This document shows, in pieces, positions 13,089 through 27,330 of a stretch of 60,000 bases of DNA. How positions within the stretch are numbered: position 1 is the stretch's first letter; each line of letters opens with the position of its first letter. The notes below the pieces were generated by a model that was given only the letters and a program-made list of their open reading frames with translations, searched no databases and was not told where the DNA came from. This DNA comes from Botryllus schlosseri (Eukaryota): NCBI GenBank assembly GCA_051294905.1, contig CM119371.1, positions 7,070,001 through 7,130,000 on the forward strand, in the 5' to 3' direction. The position numbers were made by a program, and so were the translations under genes.

Positions 13089-14000
13089 CAGAGGTAGTCA
13101 GTAGCCTAACGAAATACTCGAGTAGTTTTCCTTTACTTGCATCACTTACTTCACTAAATCAAATTTTATGCTACTTTAACTCTGTCACATTTTTAACTTA
13201 CCTACCTTTCCCTAATCACAGTTTGTCATGTAGAAGTGTTAAGTTCTTCCATTAAGACAGATAGAGTGACAAAGATGGAGAAATTCAGGTGCGGCTTTTG
13301 CGAAGAGCCCTGACTTTTTGTCGTGCTTTGCACGAATATACGGGGTGACCAATATCATTCCACTAAAGTATGGGTCAATAAAATCGATGTTGCGGTTTGC
13401 GTGGTTTATGTGCGTAATTTCAGGTCGCCTATTTGCCGATACGGCAGTTTCATCACATTAAGCTTAACTAAAGTTCAGCCAAACGTTTGGAATTATACGA
13501 CCTGCCTTATTTCAGTTTGCTTCCTATCAGCTCAAAACATCAATGTAGTGTCCTGGTAGAATTTATCCACATCGGTCATTGTCTTATTAACTAAAGACAT
13601 TGCAATACGACCGACGGCGCCATACCATCACATTTTCTGAAAGGGGGCACTACGGTGAAAAAGAGGTCAAGAGCCACTGTTCTATAGCAATGGCGTCATT
13701 TGTAGGCTATCAAATGATAGTTCGAATCCTCATGCTGTTAAAACAGATATCTCCTGTGATGTAGCAACACGAACCCAACTCTCTGCACTATCAGTTTCCA
13801 GGTTTCGAGAGTGTAGTTATGACGAATTTTCAAAACTGCTAACATAATTCAGTAGTTTCGAAAGACAGCAAATCCTACTCCTACCTGAAGTAGGCCACTT
13901 CTGCGTTGCTTGGAACAGCACTGCTCCTACTCATACTTGAGTGAAATATGGATCACTACTTCTACTTGAGTAGTCTTCTTGACTGCTTTGACAGCATCTG
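13089..14000. mobile_element. old hAT-like element (CAGAGGTGGTC terminus family)
   Basis: termini cagaggtagtca/tgacagcatctg; subterminal tactt/agtag motifs shared with 45633-46762. Confidence 0.65.
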
Positions 14001-14015
14001 ATCATGCATGTGGAC

Positions 14016-16603
14016 TAGGGTGGAGTGAAAAATGAAAATTTTTGAATTTCAAAAAAGGGTCTTGAAATGTGGTGCCAAATTGTAAACAAATAAATTCTAT
14101 CATCATTTTGGGTCCGTACACCCTCTAGTGGTCGTGCAATTTCACTGAACGAGCCAAAAACAGCTAATTTCGCCATATCTCGATCATCACTTACACTAGA
14201 AAGTCAGTTTTGGGCTTAAAAGATGCAGAAGCAACATGTTTCTATCTCACTTCCATAGAACTTACTCTTAAAAATGAACAGAAAAAAAGTTACAAGCAAA
14301 TTTCTCATTTTATAGGTAAAATTGAGCACTGAAGCAGTGGGTAGGATGTCAAAAGCGTGTAGTGATTGATCTTATGACTGAGCATTGAGAAACATACCCT
14401 ATCAATTAGAACTACTTTTCAAAACTTGCTCAAACAAATGAAACCCCCTACAAGCATAAATAGGGCTCGGGCATCGAATAGAGACTGCTGAAACTGTATT
14501 TAAAACAGCGTCCATTGGTAGTGCAGCGTCACGATATCGGTAGGTTTATAACAACGGCCCTCATGAGATGTCTTACCAAAATGCTGTCGTAGGGTTTGTA
14601 TCATATTTTTCACAAAGCTCCTGAATGAAAGCACAAAAATTGAAAATACACATTCAAAACACAAACATCAATTCTATACTGGAAACGGAAAATTTTTGTA
14701 GCAGTATCACATGAGTATCACTGTGCACGAACATTAAAATCATGTTTAGTATTGAAAGATTTCATCTGCTTTCAAGACTTCAGTTTTTGTCGGATAAAGC
14801 TATCTTTACGTTCAAATCCTGAAACATGGGTGGATGCTTCAGTAACCACGTTCTTTCCACTGCCTGTTTGTGGCAAAGATGACTGAGCTATAATGCTGAT
14901 GATCTTAGGTTTTCCACCCCGACATCTGACAAGGTCTTCATTGCATGCGTCTGTTCAATATCTTTGTGGTTTAAGTTGACAATTTGGTGGAAAGATTAAG
15001 CCTTGATGATGATAACTGGAATTTGGAAGAAACTGATGCTCAATGTCGCTGTTTTTAGGTTTGGTGTCATTTATATACCTTCCTTCAAATTCATAATTGG
15101 AATTTGGTATGGTGTGGTTGTTGTGCGCATAGCTGTAATCTTGTTAACTGTAAATCTTCGGACGTTTCCCTCCTTGTCACCAAAGCATTCCCAGCAAAAC
15201 ATTTTCTGGATGTTCAAAATGAGCATTTCTTCGTAGCAAAGATAGTGCAAAATAGTGAATTCAGGTATCAGTCAGCTTTGTGACACGGGAAACTATATTG
15301 TGGAAATTTTTAGCACCTTCAACAATGGAATTGTGCATTTTTATTTCAAACCATGACGGAAAATGGACCTCCATGCAGAATTGAGCACGACAGTTCCGAT
15401 TTCTCGATGGATGACTCTGCCCCACATAGTACTTTGAAATTTGAGACGCGAGAGTCAACCATATTGAATGAACGATGGGCCCAGCCTCTAAATATTGCAG
15501 ATCTGGTTCCAATTGACGACTTTGAAGGAGGATATATAAATGAAACCAAACCCTAAAGCAGAAACATTGACACCAGCATCAGATTCTTCCAAATTCCAGT
15601 CATCAACATCCAGGCTTAATCTTTCCACCAAATTGTCAACTTAAACCTCAAAAATATTGAAGAGCCGCCTGCATCGCAATCAAGACCTTGTCTGATCACG
15701 AGCTGGCAAACCTATGATCATCACCATTAAGGCTCAGTTATCCTTGCCACAACCAGGCAGTGGATAGACATGTGACAGTGGTGACAAAAGAATCTGCTCA
15801 ATGTTTCAGGATTTAAACGTAGAGATGGCCTCATCAGACAAAAACTGCAGTCTTGAAACCAGATGAAATCTTTCAATACTAAACATGACTTTATTGTTTG
15901 TACACACTGATACTCATGTGATACTGCTACAAAAATGTTCTGTTTCCAGTATAGAATTGATGTTTGTGTTTTGAATGTGTATTTTCAATTTTTGCGCTTT
16001 CATTCAGGAGCTTTGTGACAAATATGCTACAAACCCTACGACAGCATTTTGGTAAGAAATCTCATGAGGGCCGTTCTAATAAACTTACCGATATCGTGAT
16101 GCCGCACTACCAATAGACGCTGTTTTAAATACAGTTTTAGCAGTCTCTATTCGATGCCCGAGCCCTATGTATTCTTGGAGGGGGTTTCATTTGTTTAAGA
16201 AAGTTTTGAAAAGTAGCTCTAATTGATAGGGTATGTTGCTCAGTCATAAGATTAATCACTACACGCTTTTGACATCCTACCCACTGCTTCAGTGCTTAAT
16301 TTTACATATAAAATCATAAATTTGCTTGTAACTTTTTTTCTGTTCATTTTTAAGAGTAAGTTCTATGGAAGTGAGATAGAAACATGTTGCTTCTGCATCT
16401 TTTAAGCCCAAAACTGACTTTCTAGTGTAAGTGATGATCAAGATATGGCGAAATTAGCTTTTCGGCTCGTTCGGTGAAATTGCACGACCACTAGAGGGTG
16501 TACGAACCCAAAATTATGATAGAATTTATTTGTTTACTATTTGGCACCACATATCAAGACCCTTTTTTGAAATTCAAAAATTTTCATTTTTCACTCCACC
16601 CTA
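14016..16603. mobile_element. ~2.6-kb palindromic (foldback) hAT-like element, copy A
   Basis: ~1-kb inverted arms starting tagggtggagtgaaaaa / ending tttttcactccacccta; perfect TSD atgtggac; absent from the unit-2 site (~30720). Confidence 0.95.
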
Positions 16604-17098
16604 ATGTGGACTAGGGCTGTTCAAAAATACCTTTTTCGGATTCCTAGGATTCATTGATTACATCGCAAAGTTGCCTAAAAAAGGCTGTACACCAAATTTG
16701 GCTCGATTCCAACCAGCCAAAGCCGTGGCAGAGCGAATTGAAGTTTTTGAGTTTATTTTTAAAAAAAAGATTTCATTTTAATTTTACTGTCAACCCAAGG
16801 AAATTGTTGAGTTGCCTAAAAGAACGACGCATAACAATTTTTGGTCACTTCCAACCGGTAGAAGCGAATTTATTGCAGTTGAAAGTTTTAGATTTGCAAA
16901 AATAGCATTGATGGTGGGTAATATCAGAATTATTGATGAAAAATTCAATTAACTTCTCTTCTACTGGTTGAAATTGCGTCCAATTTGTTTTGCAACGTTT
17001 TCGTAGACAACTCAACAATTTCATGAGGTTCACAGCAAAAATAGAAGAAAAAAATTTAATTTTTTCTGATAAATGATAAATTTCAATTGACTCTGCCT

Positions 17099-17464
17099 CA
17101 GGGTTGTAACCTAGTCACAAGGCTCCGAGTCACAAGACAATCTCAATTTTCTAATTTTGACTCGAGTCAAATCCGAGTCCAAGTCATCAAGTCCGGGTCA
17201 TGGTTTTATGACTCGAGTCCAAGTGCAAGTCATTGTGTTGAATGCTCAGTTTCCAGTTAAAGTCTTGTAAAACCCACTTTTTATAACTCTGTTTGGTGAT
17301 ATCCCAATAGTGTGGTTACTTTACTATTCTTCGAAATTACAATGATATGTCAGTCTTGGCCGTATGAAGCTCGAGTCATACGACTTGGTTCGAGTCATTT
17401 TGAGAAAATGACTCGAGTCAAGTCGAGTCATCAGAAAATCGTGACTCGAGTCATTACAACCTTG
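17099..17464 (+). mobile_element. GACTCGAGTC-rich hAT MITE
   Basis: TIRs cagggttgtaa/ttacaaccttg; TSD ctctgcct/ctctgtct; empty site at ~31193. Confidence 0.9.
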
Positions 17465-17474
17465 CTCTGTCTCG

Positions 17475-19977
17475 ACTTCTACTGGTACGAATTGAGCCAA
17501 ATTTGGTGTGCATCATATGTTTAGGCAACCTAACATTCTAATCAGTGTCTGTAGGGTGTAAATATATGGTGCACTGATGTTAGGGAAGCAACATGCTGAT
17601 ATGAAAATCCATTGAATTTCACTTGATTCATTCAACACTGAAATTGTTATGATTGTGGACAGAATGTTTGCTATTTATTTCTACATCATTACCAATTGTG
17701 GATACGTTACAAAATTACACAGATACTCACCTGTAGGCTATTCATCTCATCATGATTCCTGGAAATCTCGACATCGAGATCTTGTCTTATGGTAGGTGAC
17801 GAAGCCTGAAAAAAATCTAATAATTGCACAGCCCCAAATAGACTCAATCAGTAAAATTCAACAGCGGTTCCACCAGCCATCTACAACTGTATAGAGTACC
17901 AAAATGTCAGAGAATGCTTTCATTTGGTGTAAAAAATATGTTCATGTCCACTGGGAATGGGTTCACTTTGATTCACTCATTCCATCGTTATGACATTGAT
18001 GAGATGGCACAGGATTAAACAATTTAGGAAGATTTGGTTGTTCAATGTTCATTAAACTCTGCCCTGTGTCCAATGTCACGCCAACGATGTAATTAACCAT
18101 CTCATAAAAGGGTTTAGCCATGATCGCCACTAATGAATACAGTGGCATGCATGAATGTATGCTTTCAAACGGGATTTCAAGAACATGCAGCACGGGGATG
18201 GTAGCTATTTGCCATATCTCAATTATTCTACTAGTAGTCACGCACGGTTAAATCAGTTCCTACAAAGCGGGATAATAACTACGGCGTAGGAGCAAATTGA
18301 AAAGCGATAACCTCCAGATATGAGCTGTTAATTGTAATGCGAATAGAATATCAATGTTCATCCTAATTGTGGCTTGAAAATACGCAGCCGGACAAAACTC
18401 ACCATGAAAGTTGCAACATGGCTTACTTCTGATCGAAAGAAAATGCTTGCCTGCGATGATAAAGAAACGATACATCGGGTTGGAAACGATTCAAATATGA
18501 ACTTTACAAACCAAATGTGTTGAGAGTTGTTGTTACAGATAGAAATAAGATCGTTACTAGTGGTCGAGTTGAATTTATTGGTAATAATTTTATCATTTCA
18601 AAACACACGACCATAGCATTGATGCAGGGTTGTAACCAAGTCACAAGGCTCCGAGTCACAAGTCAATCTCACTTAATTATATTTTTGACTCGAGTCAAGT
18701 CGAGTCATTTTCAAGTCCCATCGAGTCAAGTACGAGTCCAAGTCAGCGAACAGAGGATCGAGTCCGATTCATGGTATTATGACTCGAGTCCGAGTCCAAG
18801 TCATTCTGTTGACTGCTCAGTTTTCAGTTAAAGTCATCCTAAACCCACTTTTTATAACTCTGTATGGTGATATTGAATGGTTCGCATTTATAACATATCA
18901 ATTTTCCTCACTTTTAGCAGTTTCTGGTCCCATTTTCAAGCACCAGTACCAACAAACGAAATCGCAATAGTGTGTTGGCTTCGAAATTACAATGAAATGT
19001 CGGTCTTGGCCGTCTGAATCTCGAGTCAATGACTTTCTTCGAGTCATGCGCAATGACTCGAGTTCAAGTCGAGTCAATACACAGATTGACTCGAGTCGAG
19101 TCATTTCCGTATTTTGAGAAAATGACTCGAGTCGAGTCATCCGAAAATCGTGACTCGAGTCGGACTCGAGACGAGTCATGACTCGAGTCATTACAACCCT
19201 GCATTGATGGCAAATAATCGAATCCGAAATCATTGATTTTACGAAAAGCTGAATTCAGATACTCACTTTTATCTCCTGGACAGAATTGTCAGATGATGCA
19301 TGTCAGATTCCAACTGATCGAGATTGTCATGTAAACTTCTTTTTTCACCAAAGCCATTTCACATCTGACGACCAGACCATTAAATGAGATGTGTTATACA
19401 TGGTAACACTCTGATTGCAATCCACTATAACAAAATGAAGAGTGGTTATGAAAAATAAAATCAATGATTCGATATAAAACACAGTTTTCTCGGGCATGGT
19501 TATCATACGAGCGGATGGGGTGGCCTATATAATGAGTTGCTGATAGTCGCCTCATATTAACATAATTGAAATGTTTTATTTTTCGAGTAGACGTACAAAT
19601 TTGCTATATATATCTTGATCATGGATAGAAAAATAATGACACTTTTTTTTATTCGGAACACCCACATTCAACAAAAACAATAAAAATAAGAAGATAAACA
19701 AAAATTTCATCCGATTTTGTTTCGTCGTTAATCATTGTTTATCCATAATTCTCAAAAAATAAGATAGGTATGTCAACTTGTAACCTAAGCTCTATTTCGA
19801 AGCGCATACTGCTGTGAGTACACCTTTTGAAGAGCGAATAACTTGAGCAAATATCGTATGCGGTTCAACAACGAAGAGATCATCCACACTGGTTTGACCT
19901 TTTTCATATTTAGTCATTGAGTGCTGCTGGCTTTTTCATAATGAATTATGGGAAGTGTAAAACTTGTACTGTCTACA
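17475..19977 (+). repeat. internal duplication within unit 1 (diverged partner at ~20240-22420)
   Basis: collinear diverged similarity, e.g. 17725-17810 vs 20517-20592 and 19210-19975 vs 21655-22415. Confidence 0.8.
18625..19201 (+). mobile_element. GACTCGAGTC-rich hAT MITE
   Basis: TIRs cagggttgtaa/ttacaaccctg; perfect TSD cattgatg; empty sites at ~21650 and ~32582. Confidence 0.95.
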
Positions 19978-22900
19978 GCAGTGTTTTTAACCTTACCTCC
20001 AGCACTCCCCCAAGGGGCGCTGACGATTTTGAAGGGGGCGGTAACGCTCAGGGGGCGATGGGCTCAAGGGGGCGCTGAAGAAAAATGGTAATGGTAATGC
20101 TATTGGAAAAGCAATACTTTTACTCATACTGAAGTGAACTTTGCATTGATACTTTTACTAGGAGTAGCTTTTTCGACCACTTCTGATCATGCATATGAGC
20201 TCATGCAATCGCGGATTGTTATTCTTATTCTTTCTAACTTTTTCAAGACAGCTAAGAGACTTCACCTCAGTCCAAATTTAATGGACTCAGTGTGCAATAT
20301 TTATTGAAAAATTTCTTTGTCAACTCGGAATGAGTAAATACTGGATGTAGACATAGGCAGAGTGTAAATATTGGTGTGCTCATGTCACGGAGATAGCATA
20401 GTGCTATGAATATCTATGGGATTTCATGCTGAAATTTACAACATCACGGACAGAACGTTACCTATATATTTCTAACACTGTTGCCAATTCTGGATATGTC
20501 ACAGTATTTCATAGTAACTCACCTAAGTCATCATGATTACTGAAAATGTTGTTATCGAGATCTTGTCTTTCGGCAGGTGACAAGGTCTGAAAAAGAAAAT
20601 CTCATAATCACACAGCCGGAAAATAGACTTGAACACATTAGCCTACTTCTAAAACGCAACTTGGACATAAGAACAGTGAAAGTAAACAGTTGATCCACTA
20701 ACCATCTTGAACTGTACATAGCAGAGGTTCTAGACCCCGGTCTGCAAAATATATTGGAGCTTTATATCTCAATTCCAAAACGCAAAAAGATAGACGCTTG
20801 TCCATCATTGGAGAAATACAACACCAAATGTGAAGTTATTTGGAAGTTTGTAATGCATTTTCTGCATGGTGTCATAATAGGGAGTTCATGGTCTACTTTG
20901 AGCGGCGCAACTGTTGTACAAAACTATTCCGAAGTAGCCTTCAACTTCTGAATAGTGATATGTGTAAGCTACAGTGACTATAAACACATTTCTTTAAATT
21001 CCAACAACCCAATTGACAGTATGATAGAGACTATAGCTAACAGAAGAGTTGCATTTCTTTCAAAGGATACTGAACACTCAGAAGCAAGTAAGCGGTCTCA
21101 AACATGAATTTGTGAGCTTCAACAACGATCGCTACTAACGAATACATAGGAGTGCATGAATGAATGTTTCCAAATAAGATTTCAAGGAGAACATGCGACA
21201 TGGGCAAGAAAAGCTATTGGCCATAATTCAATTGTTCTATTAGCAGGCACGCGTGGATCAATCAGTTCCTACAAACTGAGATAATATTTTCATCTTCAAC
21301 GTAGGAACAAATTGAAAACTGGTATCATCATGTAAACTTCACTGATCAATTCTTAAATAGGTCAGAATGGAATGTTGATGTCAATCCTAAATGTGACTTA
21401 AAAATACACAGCCGGATAAAATGATGACAATGACAATTGGTGAACTTAGATCAAAGTTGCGACTAGTTTGACTTTGATTTTAAGAAAACCCTTGCCTGTC
21501 ATGATAGAGAATAGACACATCAGGTTGGAAACCATTCAAATTCACCCAATGTGTTGAGACTTGTTGTTACAGATCGAAATAAGATCGCTACTAGTGGTTG
21601 AGTTGGGTTCATTGTGAATAATTTTATCAGTAAAACAAAAAAACCATAGCATTGATGGAAAATAATCGAATCCAAAATCATTGATTTTATGAAGAGATGA
21701 ATTCAGAATTACTCACTTTTATCTTTCAAGTAGAATTGTCAGACATTGATGCATGTCAGATTTCAACAGATTGAGATTGTCGTGCGGACTAGTTTTATCA
21801 CCAAAGCAAATTCACATACGCCTACCAGACTATTAATTGATATGTTTTATATGACGATATTCTAATTGCAATCCACTGTAACAAAATCAAGAGTGATTAT
21901 GAAAAGTAAAATCAATGAATTTACATACACCACAGGTTTCTCAAACCTGACTTTCTTACCAGAAGATGTGGCAGATAACGAGTTGCCGATAGCCATCTCA
22001 TATAAACTTGATCGGAATGGTTCGTTTTGGATATGCGTACAAATTTGGTATCTTGATCATGGATAATGAAAATGAATGACATTTTTGGAATCAGCGTCCT
22101 CTAAATCAGTCAACCGCAATAAATATACCATGACAAGCAAAAATTTAATCCTATGGTATTTCGTACTTAATCATTGTTTATCCACGACTCTCATAAAATT
22201 AGATATGCATACAAATTTGTAACTTATAACCTAAGCTCTATTTGGAATCACAAACTGTTGTGGTGATTAGCCCTTTGAAGAGTAAACAAATATCGTATGC
22301 GACTCAACAAAAGAGAGATCATCCACAGTCCACACTCATTTCAAATTTTCATATTGAGTACTGCGGTTCATTTCATATTGAATTATTGGAAGTGTAGAAC
22401 TTACAATGTTTACAGTAATCAGTAGGTTCTTAACTCCTGATATTGGCCATGATAAAACCATTGTGGTATCAATTGTCAAAGCCATCGACCATCGACTGTA
22501 TTGAGTAAGGAAGTAAATATATGATGGGCAGTATCAACTAAAATTGGCAGCAGTATTATGCACTTTCGTACAAGTCCACAAAATTACTGGTTACTATTGC
22601 CACGACATTCATCAAACGATACGAAACTAGCGAAAAGTAGTTTACACATAATAAAAAAAAAACAGAATGTACGAAGTTCTACCGATTTGACAAAGCAATT
22701 ATGTCGGATATAGCTTGATGAGTCGAAAATTTCAATTGAGCGACTTAATTCTTATTCATGTCTCAGCAGCAGACTTGTACAAACTACGGTACCAATCTAG
22801 TTACTTGACGGTTGAGAGTAGTTCTAATTACAGTTTGTGAAAGCAAGTAGTTCATGTGTTTATATTAGTGTGAATACCAACAGTGGCATAGTCATGGGTG

Positions 22901-23133
22901 GGTTGCAGACCGTTACCTTTCGAACTATAAACAAAATTCTTTTCAAACACCGATTCTATCTCCGATATTTTCAAGCTCATCTCAAATTCAGTGATTCGCA
23001 TTATCTGTATTGCGATGGTCAGGTCGCCAGTTACGAATTTTCAAAGCATGTTAAGCATATTTCTAGTAACCGGTTTTGAAAAGTGAGTGGTTCTAGTTCT
23101 AGGTTGAGTTGCATTTTGAAGATCCAGTAATTT

Positions 23134-24789
23134 CTACAAGTCTGCCCAGGTGAGTGCAATCCATCTCTTCACAAATATGGATGTGTAAATTTCAAAACAT
23201 TCATCTACATTTGGTGTCACTACAGTCCATTTGTCTTGCGATATATCATACTTTTCAATTGCATTAGAGGCTTCTCCATCTGGTACTGCGAAAATCCACT
23301 TGCCAATGTGATACGCAGAAACTGGACCATGACGAGCATTCATAGAAGATAATGAAGTCCATTGAGCTGACGTAACATCGTAACATTCTACGGTGTCAAT
23401 TCTCTTTTCTCCTCTCCAGCCACCGATGACAAATATCTTTAGATCAACTGCCACAACTCCACTCCCCCAAACAGGATATCTCATTGGGTCAAGATCAAAC
23501 CACTCTGACGAGGATGGAGTGAATCTGCAAAATGATGAAACTGTGACACCATCTTGTCCGATACCTCCGACACAATAGATGGAATCATTCAACGATACGA
23601 GGCTTGTTGATTGAATTGCGGCAGGCTTGTCTTTTAGTTGCACCCAATGATTCAGGGGAGAAGTAAATATTTCCACATAACTTGTTGCTTCAGAATAACT
23701 TCCTCCAATAACTAATATCGATCCTGACAAAGAAACTGAGCAAGGATCGATACCGTGATCACAAATCATATCATTCATCTTTTCCCATTTTGAATTATTT
23801 CTCTCAAAATTGAGTCGATGAACTGATTTATCGTCACATAGAATGTAGATGTATGAGTCTAGAGAAATCGCCGAGAAATGTCCTAAATTCCAAACGTTCT
23901 CATCATGAAACTCATCTACTTTCTCGGTTACTGGATTGAAGGATCGGATACAATTTGCGTCATAATCAAAGAGAATTATCAATTCATCATTGCCAATTTT
24001 TTCGTTCATTTTGTGTGATGCTTTTGAAGCTTTCAAAATATGTCCAGTGATCAATTTGTACAGTCCTAAGTCATTACCAATAATTTGGTTTGATTCCAAA
24101 AGACATTCTAAAAATGCCGGAGAGGCTCTATCAAACTTGATTGCTCCGAGACATTCGTGCAAATGTTCCTGATTTTTGCGATTTTTCTCAACCCAATTGA
24201 ACAATAACGTTAGTTTTTCTTCTTCGCATAACTTTGATTCTTCCAACTTCACAAAATTCTGGATGCAAGTTTTTCCAATATTTCCAAATTCAGATTGGAT
24301 TGAAATTTCCATGATATTTTCATGAAAAAATGCTCTACATTGCATAGAGATTGTATCCAGTCCATACATATCGGCGACATTTCTTGTAGAAAAGTAATTC
24401 TTTACATTAAGTGATTCCTCCAAAACGTCAGAAACTGCCTGTTTCACGTCTTCCAACTGCATCATGATTGCGACATGAAGAAGATCATTCATCTTTTCAT
24501 GAGGAATCTCAAATTTGCCGGAATATATGAAATCTATGCAGCTTTTCACACACAGAGAATCGACCTCTTTCATAACAACTTTTCCTTCACGACTTTCTTT
24601 GGTGTCGTGCTTTAACATAGCTTTGAAATAAGCACAACCAGCCGACAATACATTTTTGTGAGTGTAATAGACATCATCTCCCACTTGAATTATGAAATCA
24701 CAATGATCGTTTTCTTGCTTCATTCGATGTAATTCTTCCATCATATTCACTGAATGTTTCTCTACATTTTGACACACAATCTGCACCAT
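23134..24789 (-). CDS. intronless Kelch-like protein (BTB-BACK-Kelch repeats), 551 aa, putative CUL3 substrate adaptor
   Basis: BTB motif HCDFIIQVG...HKNVLSAGCAYFKAML, BACK region, Kelch repeats with GG..Y/F..W (LVIGG, YCVGG, FVIGG; VECYD...W). Confidence 0.95.
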   Translation of the reverse strand: MVQIVCQNVEKHSVNMMEELHRMKQENDHCDFIIQVGDDVYYTHKNVLSAGCAYFKAMLKHDTKESREGKVVMKEVDSLCVKSCIDFIYSGKFEIPHEKMNDLLHVAIMMQLEDVKQAVSDVLEESLNVKNYFSTRNVADMYGLDTISMQCRAFFHENIMEISIQSEFGNIGKTCIQNFVKLEESKLCEEEKLTLLFNWVEKNRKNQEHLHECLGAIKFDRASPAFLECLLESNQIIGNDLGLYKLITGHILKASKASHKMNEKIGNDELIILFDYDANCIRSFNPVTEKVDEFHDENVWNLGHFSAISLDSYIYILCDDKSVHRLNFERNNSKWEKMNDMICDHGIDPCSVSLSGSILVIGGSYSEATSYVEIFTSPLNHWVQLKDKPAAIQSTSLVSLNDSIYCVGGIGQDGVTVSSFCRFTPSSSEWFDLDPMRYPVWGSGVVAVDLKIFVIGGWRGEKRIDTVECYDVTSAQWTSLSSMNARHGPVSAYHIGKWIFAVPDGEASNAIEKYDISQDKWTVVTPNVDECFEIYTSIFVKRWIALTWADL

Positions 24790-25832
24790 GATTGTCGATC
24801 AACTACAGTATATAATTATCCTACGATTATTATAATATAGTCAAGCACTGTTATTGAAGTGAAGATGATTAGTTAACTCAAGTAATGCCTGTTGATTGTT
24901 GAAAGAATCACAATACGTCCATCAACGTCACGAGTATGAATTGAAGGAAATTCAACTACACACAAGGTGATCACTGAAAAGTCTGAAATCAGAGGCATTC
25001 CTGCCAAAATGCAGTTAGGAAAACTTCTTCCATCGATTTGCTTTCATTTTTATTCGTTGTATTGACACGAAACCAAAGAATTATTGCGGTCAATTACCAC
25101 AGCCTCGCGAATGATCGAGTTGATTATCCGTAATATAAATTGTATTTTGGAACATCGTAAATTCATTTTATACTATGAGATTTTCCAGGGGCGGCCGCAT
25201 CTGTTTCATGCTCCAGCCGAATATCACGAAGATTGACTTGAAAACAGCAGCGACACGAAAGATCGCGCTGGTTTCACTCCGTGTTTGGAAACGAAATCAG
25301 CGAAGCATGTAGCTTGTCAGTGTCATCTAACGGATAATTAGTTTTTGCATTTCAGGGTAGCTGTTACCACCAATGATATATATATTTATAATTGCGGTTA
25401 CTGACGCGGTAAACCTTGTGCTATCAGTAACAGTACTATCAGTTTGTGAATATTCCAATCATTTCAAAACACCACAAGACTGCGACTAGACGATGTAGAC
25501 AGGGATATTTAGAACTAGTTCTAGCTATCCTTTGGATGTAGAGAAGAGGCATGCACTCACACTGAATGAAAAAAAGTAAAGCAGAAAATATAAAAGACAA
25601 GCTAGCCCTACAAATGGGTACAATCTTTGAAAATAGATGCATTTGCGATAGTCATGGGTCTATAGCTGGATTACCTTGAGCAAAAGTGGAGAAAATTACC
25701 TGCATCTGCATGACATTCTCCCTGACTGTAACATCTGCTTTCACGGTGTGCCCTTTGACGTTCATTTGTTGTTTTAGTTTCATGTTTGGTTGTTCCAAAG
25801 TCTATGTTGAGTGACGTTGGGTTGTTCTAAAT

Positions 25833-26234
25833 CAGGGGCGGGTAACATACGGCCCGCAGCCAGCTTCCGGTCGTATACGATAATGTGGCCCGCGTCTACA
25901 TTCACTCGCGAACCAACGTTTTCGACCATTAACATTAGTTTAACGAGAGCAAGCCTAGTTCCAACGAATCTATGTTTATGGGCAGTCTTTACTGGGGGTT
26001 TGTACGTCCAACATGCAGCCAGAGAGGTCAAAGAACTTGGATCGGGCAATTCATTGACTACTGTTTTTGGTCTGTAACTCTGTATGCTTTACACTCAAAG
26101 TTCGTATTAAATACGATTTTTACCTTGTATAGCAGGATAAAGACGCGATTGATGTATCGATTTAGCAATCCGGCTCACCAAGTACTTGATTTTTCCATTT
26201 CCGGACCGCCGAATGGAGAAGTTGCCCTCCAGGG
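25833..26234. mobile_element. ancestral hAT (Charlie-type) MITE shared by the units
   Basis: TIR caggggcgggtaac / gttgccctccaggg; TSD ttctaaat/ttctgaat; unit-3 copy spans 35983-49774, split by the large insertion. Confidence 0.8.
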
Positions 26235-27330
26235 TTCTGAATGTTCACCGCATAATAATCAGGTCGATCACTTGCTATATTCCCAATCTCGTGATTTCAT
26301 AACAGTTTATTTTTTACAAACAGTAGACAAGTAACAAACCCAATTTTGTCGGAATCATTACGCAGAAGATCACGAGAGTTTACTCGTACGCAGTTGTAAG
26401 CAACAGATAGGACAAAGAGACATTAAATTTCTGGACTCTCTTCTGAGTAAATACTAGTCATTGATTGTACAATGTACACTGCCCATTCTCAGTTATAGAT
26501 CCTCGACCTAATTGTTCGTTTTTGCACATAAGATACATTCCGTATTAGCTTTCCTGGTTCGTTATCTCATTTAAATAACCATTTACCCTGATTCTGGCTG
26601 ACAAGAAGATCGTTATGATCTTATCCGCGGTACCAGTCAATACCAATTTACTGTTTGTGTTTGTTAAATATTGCACCAGTCGTGTCTAAAATCCAGTGTT
26701 GATATATTTATAGAAACCTGCTTTTTCAAAGCATCAGGTCCAGCAAACAACAGCTTTATACCTTCAAACCACTGAGGCAAAGCGAAGATGTCAAAATAGC
26801 TGTAGTAACTAAAGCAAAAGAATCAAAACTTCGGTACCATAATCTGTAGCCTACATAGTAAGTATTAGAATGCGCAATCTAAATTGCTCTTACCCCTTGT
26901 CAAGGAAGAGGCCGTATTTGACTTTGTGAATAGCCAGGGTTAACAACTTAACATGTCTGCGAAAAGCAGTGGTTGTTGTCCTTTTCATAGCCGTGGCCCA
27001 ATTTCCATCATGCAATATGCCAGGACCTACCACTCGTCCTCAGTCTCCTTTTAAGAGGCGGCAATACGGCAGGTTTAAGCCTAGCAGTTCATATCAAACC
27101 GTAGTTCCTTCTCATGAGCACGAGAATGGCAAATGTATGCATCGCAGGGTTGGCTCGTTTCAAACTAAACAGTTCTTCTGTAGCCTTTACAGGGAAACTA
27201 GAAATTTAAGTGGAATATTTCCCAAATTAGATTAGAATTAGAGCAAGATGCATTTTACAAATTAGATTAGAGTCAGATTACTGGCATTTTCTCGAATAAG
27301 TAATTAATACTATCAAGTTATCCAAGTCTA

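Larger units (their letters stand above)
9983..21800 (-). pseudogene. decayed multi-exon relic, unit 1 (exon-like segments from 21717/19267, 20523-20586/17731-17805, 12502-12651, ~11198-11219, ~9983-10237)
   Basis: GTGAGT-type donors and polypyrimidine-CAG acceptors at homologous positions in all three units; stops and frameshifts differ between copies. Confidence 0.55.

Noticed and set aside
18517..19233. TRLES/RVKSS-rich ORFs (also 1349-1980, 17312-17524, 58260-58565)
   Set aside because: Translation artefacts of GACTCGAGTC motifs in MITEs
23393..24172. short plus-strand ORFs over the Kelch gene (and 34065-34932)
   Set aside because: Antisense shadows of the real minus-strand CDS
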